From an uncultured Cryomorphaceae bacterium (lineage in GTDB: Bacteria; Bacteroidota; Bacteroidia; Flavobacteriales; Schleiferiaceae), in NCBI GenBank assembly GCA_902614915.1, contig CACMMX010000008.1:9155-73154 (forward strand): a DNA stretch of 64,000 nucleotides, given 5' to 3'. Positions 35,084 to 44,998 of the stretch are shown in pieces (positions within the stretch are counted from its first letter, which is position 1; each line of letters begins with the position of its first letter). Both the position numbers and the translations under genes were made by a program. The notes below the pieces were generated by a model. That model ran no database searches. It was not told the origin of the DNA and saw nothing but the letters and a program-made list of their open reading frames with translations.

Positions 35084-37486
35084 ATGGAATACGTTGGCGA
35101 ACACCTTTGGGCCGCTAACCTTGGAAGGGGACTTACTGCATTGTCTTTTACCATGGCCTTGCTTTCAACCTTTTCCTATTACGCAAACGGTCAAGACTGG
35201 AAAAAATTAGGAAGGTTCGCCTTCCGTGTTCATGCTATATCTCTTTTTGGTCTAATTGGAACATTATTTTTCATAATGGCCAACCATTACTTTGAATTTG
35301 ACTATGTGTGGAAACATACCTCCTTGGACTTACCGGCACGCTACTTATTTTCTGCATTTTGGGAAGGACAGGAAGGCTCTTTTCTGCTTTGGATGTTTTG
35401 GAATGCAATACTTGGATTCATTCTAACCTATAGTGCTAAGTCTTTTGAAGGACCTGTAGTTGGCGTCTTTGCAGCCGTACAAGCTTTCCTTGTAAGTATG
35501 GTATTGGGCGTTTACATAGGTGATTTGCATATTGGTTATAGTCCATTCATCCTAGTGCGTGAACTTCAAGATAACGTCGGTTTACCTTGGACGCAATTCA
35601 CAGATTACCTTACTCGATTCCCTAATTTCATGGACGGCGAAGGATTAAATCCGCTACTACAGAATTATTGGATGACGATACATCCGCCAACGCTTTTCCT
35701 TGGCTTTGCCTCTACCCTAGTCCCGTTTAGTTATGCCATAGCTGGATTGCTCCGAAGGGACTATAAAAGCTGGATTAATAGCGCCCTAATTTGGAGTTTT
35801 TTCTCTGTGGGCATTCTTGGAGTGGGCATTCTAATGGGCGGAGCTTGGGCATACGAAGCATTGAGCTTTGGTGGCTTTTGGGCATGGGACCCTGTTGAGA
35901 ACACCTCTTTGGTTCCTTGGCTTACTATGGCGGCCGGTGCACACTTACTGCTGGTACAAAAAAATAAAGGAGGCGTCATTCCATCTGCATTATTCATGCT
36001 CGTCCTCACCTTTTTATTGGTTCTGTACTCTACGTTTCTAACTAGATCAGGGGTTCTTGGCGACAGTTCTGTTCACGCGTTTGTAGACTTAGGTTTAAGC
36101 GGGCAATTACTTATTTATCTACTCTTCTTTAGTATAGGATCGTTAGTTCTATTGCTTGCACGTTATAAAGGGTTACCTAAAAAAGACAAGGAAGACCGTA
36201 TGGACAGTCGCGAGTTTTGGATGTTCATTGGCGCCTTAACACTGCTGATAAGTGGACTACAAATCACACTGAGCACCTCATACCCAGTTTTTAATAAGCT
36301 TTTTGGTCCTGATGGACTAATAACCCTTTACGACAAAGATAAAGTTCTGAGTGACCCTATTGACCACTACAATGCCATTCAAATACCGTTTGCCGTGGTC
36401 ATTGTATTACTAATTGGAGCAGGCCAATTCCTATCTTACAGAAAAACTTCTACCGCCCTCTTCTTCAAACGTCAAATTCTTACGCTAGCCGCCACTACCT
36501 TGTGCGCATTATTAAGCTCATGGAGCTTAAAAATGTGGAATCCTATGTACTTTTTGCTCCTATGGGCATCTTACTATGCGATTATAGGAAATCTTGAATT
36601 CCTCATCCGCTGGGCAAAAGGAAATTGGAATGTAGCAGGATCAACTGTTGCCCATGTTGGATTTGGTTTAATCATTGCTGGATCCTTAGTCTCAAATGCA
36701 AATAAGGATGTGATTTCAAAGAATAAGACCTTTATTCACGAGGAATTTCCTGCCAACGAAAACCTACTTATCCATGAAGGAGATACCGTTCAAATGGGCG
36801 ATTATTGGGTGAGCTGGACCGGACAAGAAGAGGAAGGATACTACCTCAACTACAATCTTGAATTTTTCAAGGAGAATCAAGGAAGGTTGGAAACATCATT
36901 TAATCTTAAACCTCGTATTCAACTCAATGAAAAAATGGGTAATGTGGCAGAACCATCTACAAAACATTTTTTGAGCAAAGACATCTACACCCACGTGACA
37001 TATGCTGATTTGCGTACAGAATTAGAAAAGAGTAATGAAGAATGGAAAAATCAATTCGATTTGGAACTCGTACAAGGTGAAAGTCATTTTCTCTATGGAA
37101 AATATAAGGTGCAGTTGGATACCTTGGTCGTTGAAGCCCCTTCCACTGACGGTGAACTAGATTATGTTGTTTTGGGTGCAGGAATCAGCTTAAGAACCAT
37201 GCAGGATAGTGTGTATAAGATAATGCCTGTATATGCTGTGCAGGGAGATAAAGCCAATCATGTTGATACAGAAATTGAAGAATTGGGTTTAAAATTCAGA
37301 TTTGAGCGGATTAATTACGAAACGAACAAGCCAGTAATTTCAGCTGCAGAGCGCACAGAAGAAGAGGAACCTTTCATATTAATAAAAGCAGAAGTTTTTC
37401 CTTGGATCAATTTGCTTTGGCTGGGTTCACTAATGATTGCTATAGGAACATTCATAGCAATAGTTACTAGAATTAGAAGGTCATGA
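35084..37486 (+). CDS. ccmF: Cytochrome c heme lyase subunit CcmF-like
   Basis: 800 aa and more than 12 TM. Has the WWD motif WAWDPVENTSLVPW and a large C-terminal periplasmic segment. Confidence 0.85.
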   Translation: MEYVGEHLWAANLGRGLTALSFTMALLSTFSYYANGQDWKKLGRFAFRVHAISLFGLIGTLFFIMANHYFEFDYVWKHTSLDLPARYLFSAFWEGQEGSFLLWMFWNAILGFILTYSAKSFEGPVVGVFAAVQAFLVSMVLGVYIGDLHIGYSPFILVRELQDNVGLPWTQFTDYLTRFPNFMDGEGLNPLLQNYWMTIHPPTLFLGFASTLVPFSYAIAGLLRRDYKSWINSALIWSFFSVGILGVGILMGGAWAYEALSFGGFWAWDPVENTSLVPWLTMAAGAHLLLVQKNKGGVIPSALFMLVLTFLLVLYSTFLTRSGVLGDSSVHAFVDLGLSGQLLIYLLFFSIGSLVLLLARYKGLPKKDKEDRMDSREFWMFIGALTLLISGLQITLSTSYPVFNKLFGPDGLITLYDKDKVLSDPIDHYNAIQIPFAVVIVLLIGAGQFLSYRKTSTALFFKRQILTLAATTLCALLSSWSLKMWNPMYFLLLWASYYAIIGNLEFLIRWAKGNWNVAGSTVAHVGFGLIIAGSLVSNANKDVISKNKTFIHEEFPANENLLIHEGDTVQMGDYWVSWTGQEEEGYYLNYNLEFFKENQGRLETSFNLKPRIQLNEKMGNVAEPSTKHFLSKDIYTHVTYADLRTELEKSNEEWKNQFDLELVQGESHFLYGKYKVQLDTLVVEAPSTDGELDYVVLGAGISLRTMQDSVYKIMPVYAVQGDKANHVDTEIEELGLKFRFERINYETNKPVISAAERTEEEEPFILIKAEVFPWINLLWLGSLMIAIGTFIAIVTRIRRS

Positions 37487-38166
37487 AAATTGCCATCATA
37501 GGAAAGGGAAACCTTGGTACGCAGCTGTACAATGCATTGAAGCCTATGGTTAGCGTTCAATGGTATGCTCGAGATTACCCAACTTCTATGAACGCAGACC
37601 TTGTTATCGTTAGCGTATCAGATAAGGAAACTTTAGAAGTATGTGAGCGCATAGATGCGGCTCTTGTGGCACATACTGCTGGCATAGTTCCTCAAATAGA
37701 TAGGCCCAATGCCGGAGTCCTGTATCCTCTGTATAGTTTCACAAAAGGGGCCGAGGTGGATTGGGCAAACATTCCGTTTCTAATTGAAACCGCAAAAGAA
37801 GACAACTTGAGTATTCTTAAAGAGACAGTAACTCTTCTTGGCGCAAAATTTTATTCAATGAGTAGCGCACAACGGACCAAAATCCATGCTGCTGCGGTGA
37901 TCGTTAATAATTTCACGAACCACCTGTACACCTTGGCTGAAGACTATTGCAAGGAGCACAACCTTACTTTTGAAGTGCTGCACGGAATCATGCAGCAAGG
38001 GCCAATTAAGGCGATTGAACTGGGTGCCAAACAAGCACAGACAGGACCAGCTATTCGTGGAGATTATGATACAATTGAAAATCATTTGGAATCTATCCGC
38101 CAAAAGGAAATCAAAGAACTGTATAAACATATAAGTACGAGCATTCGCAATAGACATGAATTATAA
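37483..38166 (+). CDS. Rossmann-like/DUF2520 domain protein
   Basis: 227 aa with N-terminal IAIIGKGNLG dinucleotide-binding motif. The C-terminal half has the DUF2520 pattern TGPAIRGD. Confidence 0.6.
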   Translation: MKIAIIGKGNLGTQLYNALKPMVSVQWYARDYPTSMNADLVIVSVSDKETLEVCERIDAALVAHTAGIVPQIDRPNAGVLYPLYSFTKGAEVDWANIPFLIETAKEDNLSILKETVTLLGAKFYSMSSAQRTKIHAAAVIVNNFTNHLYTLAEDYCKEHNLTFEVLHGIMQQGPIKAIELGAKQAQTGPAIRGDYDTIENHLESIRQKEIKELYKHISTSIRNRHEL

Positions 38167-38674
38167 GGAGCTTTTTATTGATATTACTACCGTGGTATTG
38201 GATGTAGATGGGGTCTTGACAAATGGAGAAATTTTACTCGTTCCTGGTGCTCAACCAGTGCGTAAAATGCATTCTAAAGATGGATATGCCTTGCAACTTG
38301 CTATTCGCAATGGCATTAGAGTAGCAATAATTACTGGTGGTTCGTCACCTGAAGTTAAAACCAGGTTAGAAAGCGCTGGAATAAAGGATATTTACCTAGG
38401 CGCGTCTAACAAAATAGAAGCCTATGATGATCTCAAAATGTGCTATGACCTGAAAGATGAAGAAATATTATATATGGGAGATGACCTTCCCGACTATGAT
38501 ATCATGAACCATGTAAGACTAGCTGCTGCTCCGCAAGATGCTGCTCCTGAAATAAAAAGTATTGCACATTATGTGAGTCCAATAAATGGTGGTAAAGGTT
38601 GTGTGAGGGATGTGCTTGAACAATTGTTAAGAATTCAAGGCAAGTGGGGACGCCCTCAAGATAGAACATGGTAA
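38156..38674 (+). CDS. kdsC: KDO 8-phosphate phosphatase (HAD-IIIA)
   Basis: 172 aa with VLDVDGVLTNG, ITGG and GDDLPD motifs. Confidence 0.8.
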   Translation: MNYKELFIDITTVVLDVDGVLTNGEILLVPGAQPVRKMHSKDGYALQLAIRNGIRVAIITGGSSPEVKTRLESAGIKDIYLGASNKIEAYDDLKMCYDLKDEEILYMGDDLPDYDIMNHVRLAAAPQDAAPEIKSIAHYVSPINGGKGCVRDVLEQLLRIQGKWGRPQDRTW

Positions 38675-38935
38675 CTTTGAGTGTAAATAATCACAAAATC
38701 GTTGCGCAATTAACAGAGTATAGAGGTGTTTTTCTAATGAGCGCACTCAGCATTAGTATTAAGTTTGTTACTAGATTTAAAATAGTCCGTTTTACCGAAT
38801 TATCAATTTTGAATCCGTTGTATTGCTTGTAAAGTTATTGGGTCTTGACTTTTCCCAAATTCAAACAGCCCCATTAACGAATGGATTCTTGGAATCTTTG
38901 GGTTATGAGAGCGGCGAAAGTAAAATTTGCGCATT

Positions 38936-39511
38936 ATGAAACTAAATAAACAATTGGTCCTCGGCTCCAAAAGTCCTAGAAGAGCTTCTCTATTGAAGGA
39001 AATGGGATTTGATTTTAAAATTTTAGTTACCGATGCAGATGAAAATGCCCCAATGGACCTTAACGGTGAAGAAACGGCTGTATGGATCTCTGAGCAAAAA
39101 GCAATAGCGCTGCAACCCAAACTTGGAAATCACGAATTAGGAATCACATCGGACACTGAAGTTTGGCTCGGTGATAAAAGATATGGTAAGGCTTCCAATA
39201 AAGAGTCAGCCATTCATATGATTGAATCTCTGAGCGGTAAGACACATCAAGTTATTTCCGGTCTTACATTGTGTACAAAAGAGAAAATAACCTCCTACTG
39301 TTCTATCGTGCAAGTCACTTTAGCGAAAATGACCATGGAAGAAATTCATTATTATGTAGACCAATTCAAACCCTTTGATAAGGCTGGGGCTTACGGTATC
39401 CAAGAATGGATAGGTCATACTATGGTGACGTCCATTAAAGGAGAATACAATGCTGTTGTGGGCCTTCCCACCACAACACTTTATAAAGCCCTTAAGGAAT
39501 TTAAAATTTAA
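38936..39511 (+). CDS. maf: Maf family nucleoside triphosphate pyrophosphatase
   Basis: Has LVLGSKSPRR, DT.V and AGAYGIQE motifs. The ATG at 38936 is preferred because the TTG at 38927 lies inside a TAAAATTTG promoter-like box. Confidence 0.85.
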   Translation: MKLNKQLVLGSKSPRRASLLKEMGFDFKILVTDADENAPMDLNGEETAVWISEQKAIALQPKLGNHELGITSDTEVWLGDKRYGKASNKESAIHMIESLSGKTHQVISGLTLCTKEKITSYCSIVQVTLAKMTMEEIHYYVDQFKPFDKAGAYGIQEWIGHTMVTSIKGEYNAVVGLPTTTLYKALKEFKI

Positions 39512-40569
39512 GCGGTTTCAGAAACAGATAAATCAACCATCCAATCATATTTATCATCACTTCTACCCATTCGAATATCGTTCAGCATTCGCTTGATATA
39601 CATGGCTTTACCATCTACAGGAACAGGAATAGAAAAATTTTCTCCTTTGTACCCAAGAGTATCAATCTGACTGACCACTGCAGCTGTCCCCATTCCAAAA
39701 GCCTCTTTAAGCTCACCATCGCGAGCGGCATGGACAATTTCATCCACTGAAATAGGACGTTCTTGTATAGACCAACCTTGGTCTTTGATAAGGTGAATAA
39801 TGGAACGACGCGTTACACCTGCTAAAATGCGATCTGTTAAAGGTGGTGTTAAAAAAGTATCACCAACCAATAACATTAAATTCATAGTTCCGCTCTCCTC
39901 AATAAATTTATGTTCTTTATGATCGGTCCAAATAACCTGATTATATCCCTCTTGAATGGCTTTCGAAGTAGGGTAAAATGATCCTCCATAATTTCCAGCT
40001 GCTTTTGTAAATCCAATTCCACCTCCAGTGGCCCGAGTATATTCTTGTTCAATTTTAACTTTCACAGTTCCACTGTAATATGGTCCTACAGGGGAAGTGA
40101 TTATACAAAAGGTATAATCATCACTTTGACGGGCAGCTATAAACTCTGAAGACGCAAATAAAAACGGACGTATATATAAACTATGGTCCTCTGCGTCAGG
40201 TACCCAGTCTGAGTCTATCTCTAGCAACTTCTTTAACCCACCCATGAAAAGATCTTTTGGAATTTGAGGCATCATTAAACGCTCTGCGCTCCTATTGAGC
40301 CTAGCAAAATTATCGAGTGGACGAAATATACTTACGCCTCCGTCTTCTTTTCGGTAAGCCTTCATTCCTTCAAACGCGCTTTGTCCATAATGTAGGGCAT
40401 GTAAACCGTAAGAAAAGTCTAATTGACCGTATGGACGAATCTCAGCCTCCTGCCATTGCCCATTTTTAAAGTGACAAACAAGCATATGATCTGACATATT
40501 TTTTCCAAAAGGAAGGTTTGAAAAATCGATGCTTGATCTACGACTCTCTTTAGTCAACTCTATTTTCAT
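39508..40569 (-). CDS. ilvE: Branched-chain amino acid aminotransferase
   Basis: 353 aa with YGQSAFEGMKAY, GGGIGFTKAAGNY and GVTRRS motifs of fold-type IV aminotransferases. Confidence 0.9.
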   Translation of the reverse strand: MKIELTKESRRSSIDFSNLPFGKNMSDHMLVCHFKNGQWQEAEIRPYGQLDFSYGLHALHYGQSAFEGMKAYRKEDGGVSIFRPLDNFARLNRSAERLMMPQIPKDLFMGGLKKLLEIDSDWVPDAEDHSLYIRPFLFASSEFIAARQSDDYTFCIITSPVGPYYSGTVKVKIEQEYTRATGGGIGFTKAAGNYGGSFYPTSKAIQEGYNQVIWTDHKEHKFIEESGTMNLMLLVGDTFLTPPLTDRILAGVTRRSIIHLIKDQGWSIQERPISVDEIVHAARDGELKEAFGMGTAAVVSQIDTLGYKGENFSIPVPVDGKAMYIKRMLNDIRMGRSDDKYDWMVDLSVSETA

Positions 40570-40674
40570 CTTCTACTTTCTTTGCGACGACAAATGTACT
40601 AATTTTGAGGGTGTATTTCACTTCAACTTCGTTCCGCAGTTTGAAGTATTTTGTCGAATTAATTGATATCACAA

Positions 40675-41184
40675 ATGAAGCATTTTCTTATTGCGAGCTT
40701 TTTAACTGTCCTACTAATTTCTTGTCAATCTTCTAATTTCGATGAGCAAGTTGCTGAGGAACAAATGGCTCAAGAATTTATAAACTTTGGCGACAGCACC
40801 TTTTCCATAGATGGAGCTGTCAGCGCTGCATCCATTGTAAAATCCTTTGAAACCAAGGGAGACACAATGTATGGAACAGTTGCTGGAGAAATCACAAAAG
40901 TATGTACAGTTAAAGGATGCTGGATGGCAACTGCAATAGATTCCGAGAATAACTTATTTGTTGACTATGATTATGAATTCCTTCTTCCAACCAACAGTCA
41001 AGGTCAAAATATGGTTATGACAGGATACGCATACTGGGATAGCACTTCTGTGGCTGAACTTCGCCATTATGCGGAAGACAGAGGTGCAACTGAAGAAGAA
41101 ATTACAGAGATTACCGAACCAACAGGTGAAGTAAAATTTAAAGCAACAGGAGTGAAAATTGCAATTCCGTCAGGTGATGAATAA
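40675..41184 (+). CDS. DUF4920-like lipoprotein
   Basis: Has the lipobox LLISC and the central motif VCTVKGCWM typical of DUF4920. Confidence 0.5.
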   Translation: MKHFLIASFLTVLLISCQSSNFDEQVAEEQMAQEFINFGDSTFSIDGAVSAASIVKSFETKGDTMYGTVAGEITKVCTVKGCWMATAIDSENNLFVDYDYEFLLPTNSQGQNMVMTGYAYWDSTSVAELRHYAEDRGATEEEITEITEPTGEVKFKATGVKIAIPSGDE

Positions 41185-41611
41185 ACTACTAGCTATAACC
41201 CTAGCCATATTTGTTGGGGCGTGCTCCTCTGTTGAATCCGGAAAGAAAACCAATTCAACTTGGGAACCAATTATCGACCAACCTAGTGAGCTGGCATCTA
41301 TAATGCGTTCCCTAAATCAAGAAGCTGAGCTGCGTAAGCAAAACCTTGAAAAGGGCGAACTATCTGAGGTAAATTCCAAGCTCATTTTCAAAATGATTAC
41401 TGCAAAACCTACAGAACCCCATATGGTCGGTGCCGCTTTTGCACCAAATACAGAAGCCTTTATTGCAAATTACCGTCAATTAAGTAATGCGAAAGATATT
41501 GATGCCCAGATTGACGCTCATAATAATTTGGTTAAAAGTTGTATTGCATGCCACATGAATTTTTGCCAAGGCCCCATTCCGCTTATTGAGAAACTGTATG
41601 TAAACCTATGA
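41177..41611 (+). CDS. Lipoprotein with a single CxxCH heme c-binding motif
   Basis: Has the lipobox IFVGAC and a C-terminal SCIACHMNFCQGP containing CIACH. Its start overlaps the upstream stop by 8 nt. Confidence 0.45.
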   Translation: MNKLLAITLAIFVGACSSVESGKKTNSTWEPIIDQPSELASIMRSLNQEAELRKQNLEKGELSEVNSKLIFKMITAKPTEPHMVGAAFAPNTEAFIANYRQLSNAKDIDAQIDAHNNLVKSCIACHMNFCQGPIPLIEKLYVNL

Positions 41612-42258
41612 TTCAACCGAGTTCAAGGAACTTTACAACATCCGCAGATGGTAGCCTGACAATATGGGTTCCTAAACTAGATGAACATTACCACAGTATC
41701 CACGGAGCCTTGACAGAAAGTCAACATGTTTTTATTGATGCTGGCCTTAACGCCATCCAAAAGAACGAAATTCATCTACTTGAAGTCGGCTTGGGTACTG
41801 CGCTAAATGCGCGACTTACGTGTGAGCAGCGAAAGAAAAAACAAATTCACTATTTGGCGCTCGAAAAATTTCCTTTAAATAAAGAAGAGATTCAAAAAGT
41901 ACGAGAAAAAGGAAGCCATAAAGAGGCCGAAATACTTTCTATTCAACCCGGTCAATCCGTTGAATTAGAACCTGGTTTCACGTTTGAATTAAGTACTATT
42001 GACTTGAAAGTCTTCAATAAATCTCAGCCCACTTTTGACTTGGTTTACTTTGATGCTTTTGCGCCCAGTGCCCAGCCAGATCTGTGGACACAAGAGGTTT
42101 TTCAAAGTCTTTATGATGCTATGAATTTGGGAGGCACATTGGTTACTTATTGCGCGAAAGGAAGCGTTAAACGAACCCTTAAAAAAGTAGGATTCCAAAT
42201 TGAGGCCTTACCCGGTCCACCACGCAAAAGAGAAATGACTCGAGCATGGAAAAGATGA
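41608..42258 (+). CDS. mnmD: tRNA 5-methylaminomethyl-2-thiouridine methyltransferase MnmD (MnmC N-terminal domain type)
   Basis: 216 aa with HS.HGA, LLEVGLGTALN and DLVYFDAFAPSAQPDLW motifs. Confidence 0.75.
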   Translation: MIQPSSRNFTTSADGSLTIWVPKLDEHYHSIHGALTESQHVFIDAGLNAIQKNEIHLLEVGLGTALNARLTCEQRKKKQIHYLALEKFPLNKEEIQKVREKGSHKEAEILSIQPGQSVELEPGFTFELSTIDLKVFNKSQPTFDLVYFDAFAPSAQPDLWTQEVFQSLYDAMNLGGTLVTYCAKGSVKRTLKKVGFQIEALPGPPRKREMTRAWKR

Positions 42259-42680
42259 TTAAATTTAATGCACGATGCTACGCCATAATAAAATCCAAAA
42301 ATAATCGGGTTCTTGTCATGAAGGAAAAATGGCATGGTGTGCATCTCCAAAAGTTTCCCGGTGGTGGGCTCGAATTGGGCGAAGGACTTCTTGATTGTAT
42401 CAACAGGGAAGTGGAAGAAGAATTCTGCAAAAGCCAAAGGTTAAATTACGTTCACTGCTTCACGCCAACAGATTGTTTTTCCTCCAAATTCAGACCTGAC
42501 GAACAATTGCTTCTAAATTATTTCACGAACATTGAAGAGGCTGAAGAAGATGCATGGGAACTCATTAATAATGATGAGAATCTCTTAGGAATACAATGGC
42601 TTGAGTTGAATAGAGGGAATGCCCAATGGTTCACTTTAGAAAGTGACAAAAATGCGTTTTTGAGCCTTTTAGATTCCTAA
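42246..42680 (+). CDS. NUDIX hydrolase
   Basis: 144 aa with Nudix box GGGLELGEGLLDCINREVEEE. Confidence 0.7.
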   Translation: MEKMIKFNARCYAIIKSKNNRVLVMKEKWHGVHLQKFPGGGLELGEGLLDCINREVEEEFCKSQRLNYVHCFTPTDCFSSKFRPDEQLLLNYFTNIEEAEEDAWELINNDENLLGIQWLELNRGNAQWFTLESDKNAFLSLLDS

Positions 42681-43238
42681 TCGGCGAGTCACGACAGAAA
42701 GAAGTTTTGAATAGAGCAAATCAGGTTTCTTTGTTCTCCATTCCAAATGGTCTAAATCACCTCCTAGTATAAAATATTGGTCTAAGCCATAGGCAGATAA
42801 TTCCTGAACAACATGTTCCCTTAGATTTAAGAATGTCATCCAACCGTTTGGTACCTCTTCTAACCACTCATCGTAATAATCAGTAATGTCTGCGTGAAAA
42901 TTGAGAATGTTTTCTCCTATCAAAATATACTTATCTATACCTTGTGGTATCATTTCATCCACCAAATCTCTTTTAAGACGCATAATATCATTGTGTACCG
43001 CGTCATTCCATTCACCCAAGAATTCAATTACGCAATAGCCCATTATATAATCCACGTAAAGCACTTTAAGAAAGAGTGTTTCACATCCTATCGAATCCCA
43101 TTGTGGATGGATAATGTGATTGTATATCCGATCCGTGTAATAGACTTCACTATTGAAATATCCATAAAATGGACTTTGCGGGTCATCACTCGCTCTATAA
43201 AGATGCCTCCAATTAAAGTAAGGCTCAATGTTGTGCAT
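42669..43238 (-). CDS. Hypothetical cytoplasmic protein
   Basis: About 189 aa counted from MHNIEPYF. No motif recognised. Has a convergent 12-nt overlap with the Nudix gene. Confidence 0.5.
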   Translation of the reverse strand: MHNIEPYFNWRHLYRASDDPQSPFYGYFNSEVYYTDRIYNHIIHPQWDSIGCETLFLKVLYVDYIMGYCVIEFLGEWNDAVHNDIMRLKRDLVDEMIPQGIDKYILIGENILNFHADITDYYDEWLEEVPNGWMTFLNLREHVVQELSAYGLDQYFILGGDLDHLEWRTKKPDLLYSKLLSVVTRRLGI

Positions 43239-43307
43239 GCAAAAAAAAGTTATTGTTGAATAACAAAAATCTCTCTGTATTGTTAACAATAGATAGCTTA
43301 ATTCGTC

Positions 43308-44210
43308 ATGGGAGTTTTTACAATTACAGGTGCAACGGGTTCAATCGGTAAAGAAGTCGTAAAAAACCTTCTACGTTCTGGGCACGAAGTTCGTATACTC
43401 AGCACGAGAAAAGATTTACAATGGGAAGGAGTCTCCGTCTTTTATTGGAACCCGGCAGAAGGAGAAATTGATGATTTAGCACTAGAGGGCAGTGATTACC
43501 TCATCCATTTAGCCGGAGCTCCCGTGAGCAAACGCTGGACCCCAATGTATAAAAGAAAAATCAACGACTCGAGAGTTTATACCTCCAAGGTTCTATTGGA
43601 TGCTATTAACAACGTGAAAAAGAGTCCAAAATCATGTGTGAGCGCAAGCGCAATTGGTTATTACGGTAGTTCATCATCCAAAGTATTTACAGAAAATACA
43701 CCACCCGCCAATGATTTTCTTGCCTCCGTAACTGAAAATTGGGAGCGCTACACTAGAATTTTTGAATCATACGAAAGACGTAGTGTTCAGTTGCGAATTG
43801 GAATTGTATTGGATAAAGGGGCTGGTGTATTAGGTAAACTAGTTCCTTTAGCCAAAGCTGGTGTGGTCTCTCCATTAGGTAGCGGAGAACAATGGACAAG
43901 CTGGATTCATGTAGAAGATCTTGCTAAAATGTTTATTTATTGTGCCATTTCAGATGTAGCTAGTGGCCCTTATAATGCAGTTGCATCCACTCCCCTATCC
44001 AATAAATCTTTTACTAAGAAAATATGCAAGGTTTTAAAAAGACCCATGATTTTACCTTCAGTTCCTGCATTCTTATTAAAACTATTCTTAGGTGAAATGG
44101 CTACTCTTGCTCTGACGAGTCAGAAAGTTAGTAATGCTAAAATTTTAAAAACTGGATTTGTCTTCAAATATGAAGAAATAGAACCTGCTCTTCAAAGTAT
44201 ATTAAACTAA
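43308..44210 (+). CDS. NAD-dependent epimerase-like protein (TIGR01777/YfcH-type with DUF1731)
   Basis: 300 aa with the Rossmann motif ITGATGSIG and length and layout typical of YfcH-like SDRs. Confidence 0.7.
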   Translation: MGVFTITGATGSIGKEVVKNLLRSGHEVRILSTRKDLQWEGVSVFYWNPAEGEIDDLALEGSDYLIHLAGAPVSKRWTPMYKRKINDSRVYTSKVLLDAINNVKKSPKSCVSASAIGYYGSSSSKVFTENTPPANDFLASVTENWERYTRIFESYERRSVQLRIGIVLDKGAGVLGKLVPLAKAGVVSPLGSGEQWTSWIHVEDLAKMFIYCAISDVASGPYNAVASTPLSNKSFTKKICKVLKRPMILPSVPAFLLKLFLGEMATLALTSQKVSNAKILKTGFVFKYEEIEPALQSILN

Positions 44211-44260
44211 AAAACCACGCGAATACCTGGCTTTTAAGAGTATCATAAGATCTTATTTTT

Positions 44261-44932
44261 CTACATGGTGTAAGTCGCATTCAAATCAAAGTTCAATTCA
44301 ATACTATGGTCTATTAACTTCTCTTTCAAAGACCCGGCTATTGACGCATCATCTCTATCATGATATTTTACTCCCCATTTTGTACGATCTATGCCAAACG
44401 TAGGGGCAGTAAAACGAACAGTTTCATCATCTACTACAATATTTGCAGGAAATTCTATACTGTGGGTAATACCGCGAATGGTTAGATTACCTATCACATT
44501 ACTGTTTGTAGGGGACCCTTCTGTTTCCTTAATGTTTACGATTTCAAATTGAGCTGTTGGAAAACTATCAACAAAGAAAAAGGCTTGAGATTTCAAATGA
44601 CCTTCCAAATATCCTCTCTTTTTTTCATTCTCAATATCTGTATTTTCTATGGAATTCATGTCAATAATCACAACGCCACCTACAACCTTGCCTTCGCTAA
44701 CGTTAAAGGAACCGTCTGAAATGGAAATATTCCCGACATGCTCATCATTTACAAATGACTTAAAGCCCCTCCAAGCGATTGTTGATGTGCCCAAATTATA
44801 AGCGGTTGCTTTAGCTACTTCATTCACTTTTTGAGCATCACCAATGCTCACCTCCGTTGCTTTATCTCCAGCGCAACCTACTATAAATATGGAAGCAACT
44901 ATGAAAATTGAAATATTCTTCATTTTAGTCAT
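44261..44932 (-). CDS. YceI family lipoprotein
   Basis: 223 aa with lipobox IFIVGC and the YceI-like pattern ...LTIRGITHSIEF... Confidence 0.65.
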   Translation of the reverse strand: MTKMKNISIFIVASIFIVGCAGDKATEVSIGDAQKVNEVAKATAYNLGTSTIAWRGFKSFVNDEHVGNISISDGSFNVSEGKVVGGVVIIDMNSIENTDIENEKKRGYLEGHLKSQAFFFVDSFPTAQFEIVNIKETEGSPTNSNVIGNLTIRGITHSIEFPANIVVDDETVRFTAPTFGIDRTKWGVKYHDRDDASIAGSLKEKLIDHSIELNFDLNATYTM

Positions 44933-44998
44933 TTTATATAATTATAATTCTGCCGCAAAAGACCAACAAGAAATACAACTACTAAATTTTCAAAAAGT

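Noticed and set aside
38803-39120. 105-aa minus-strand ORF in the kdsC-maf gap.
   Set aside because: Half of it is antisense to the well-supported maf N-terminus, and no motif is recognisable. It is treated as spurious, though the gap itself is flagged as a finding.
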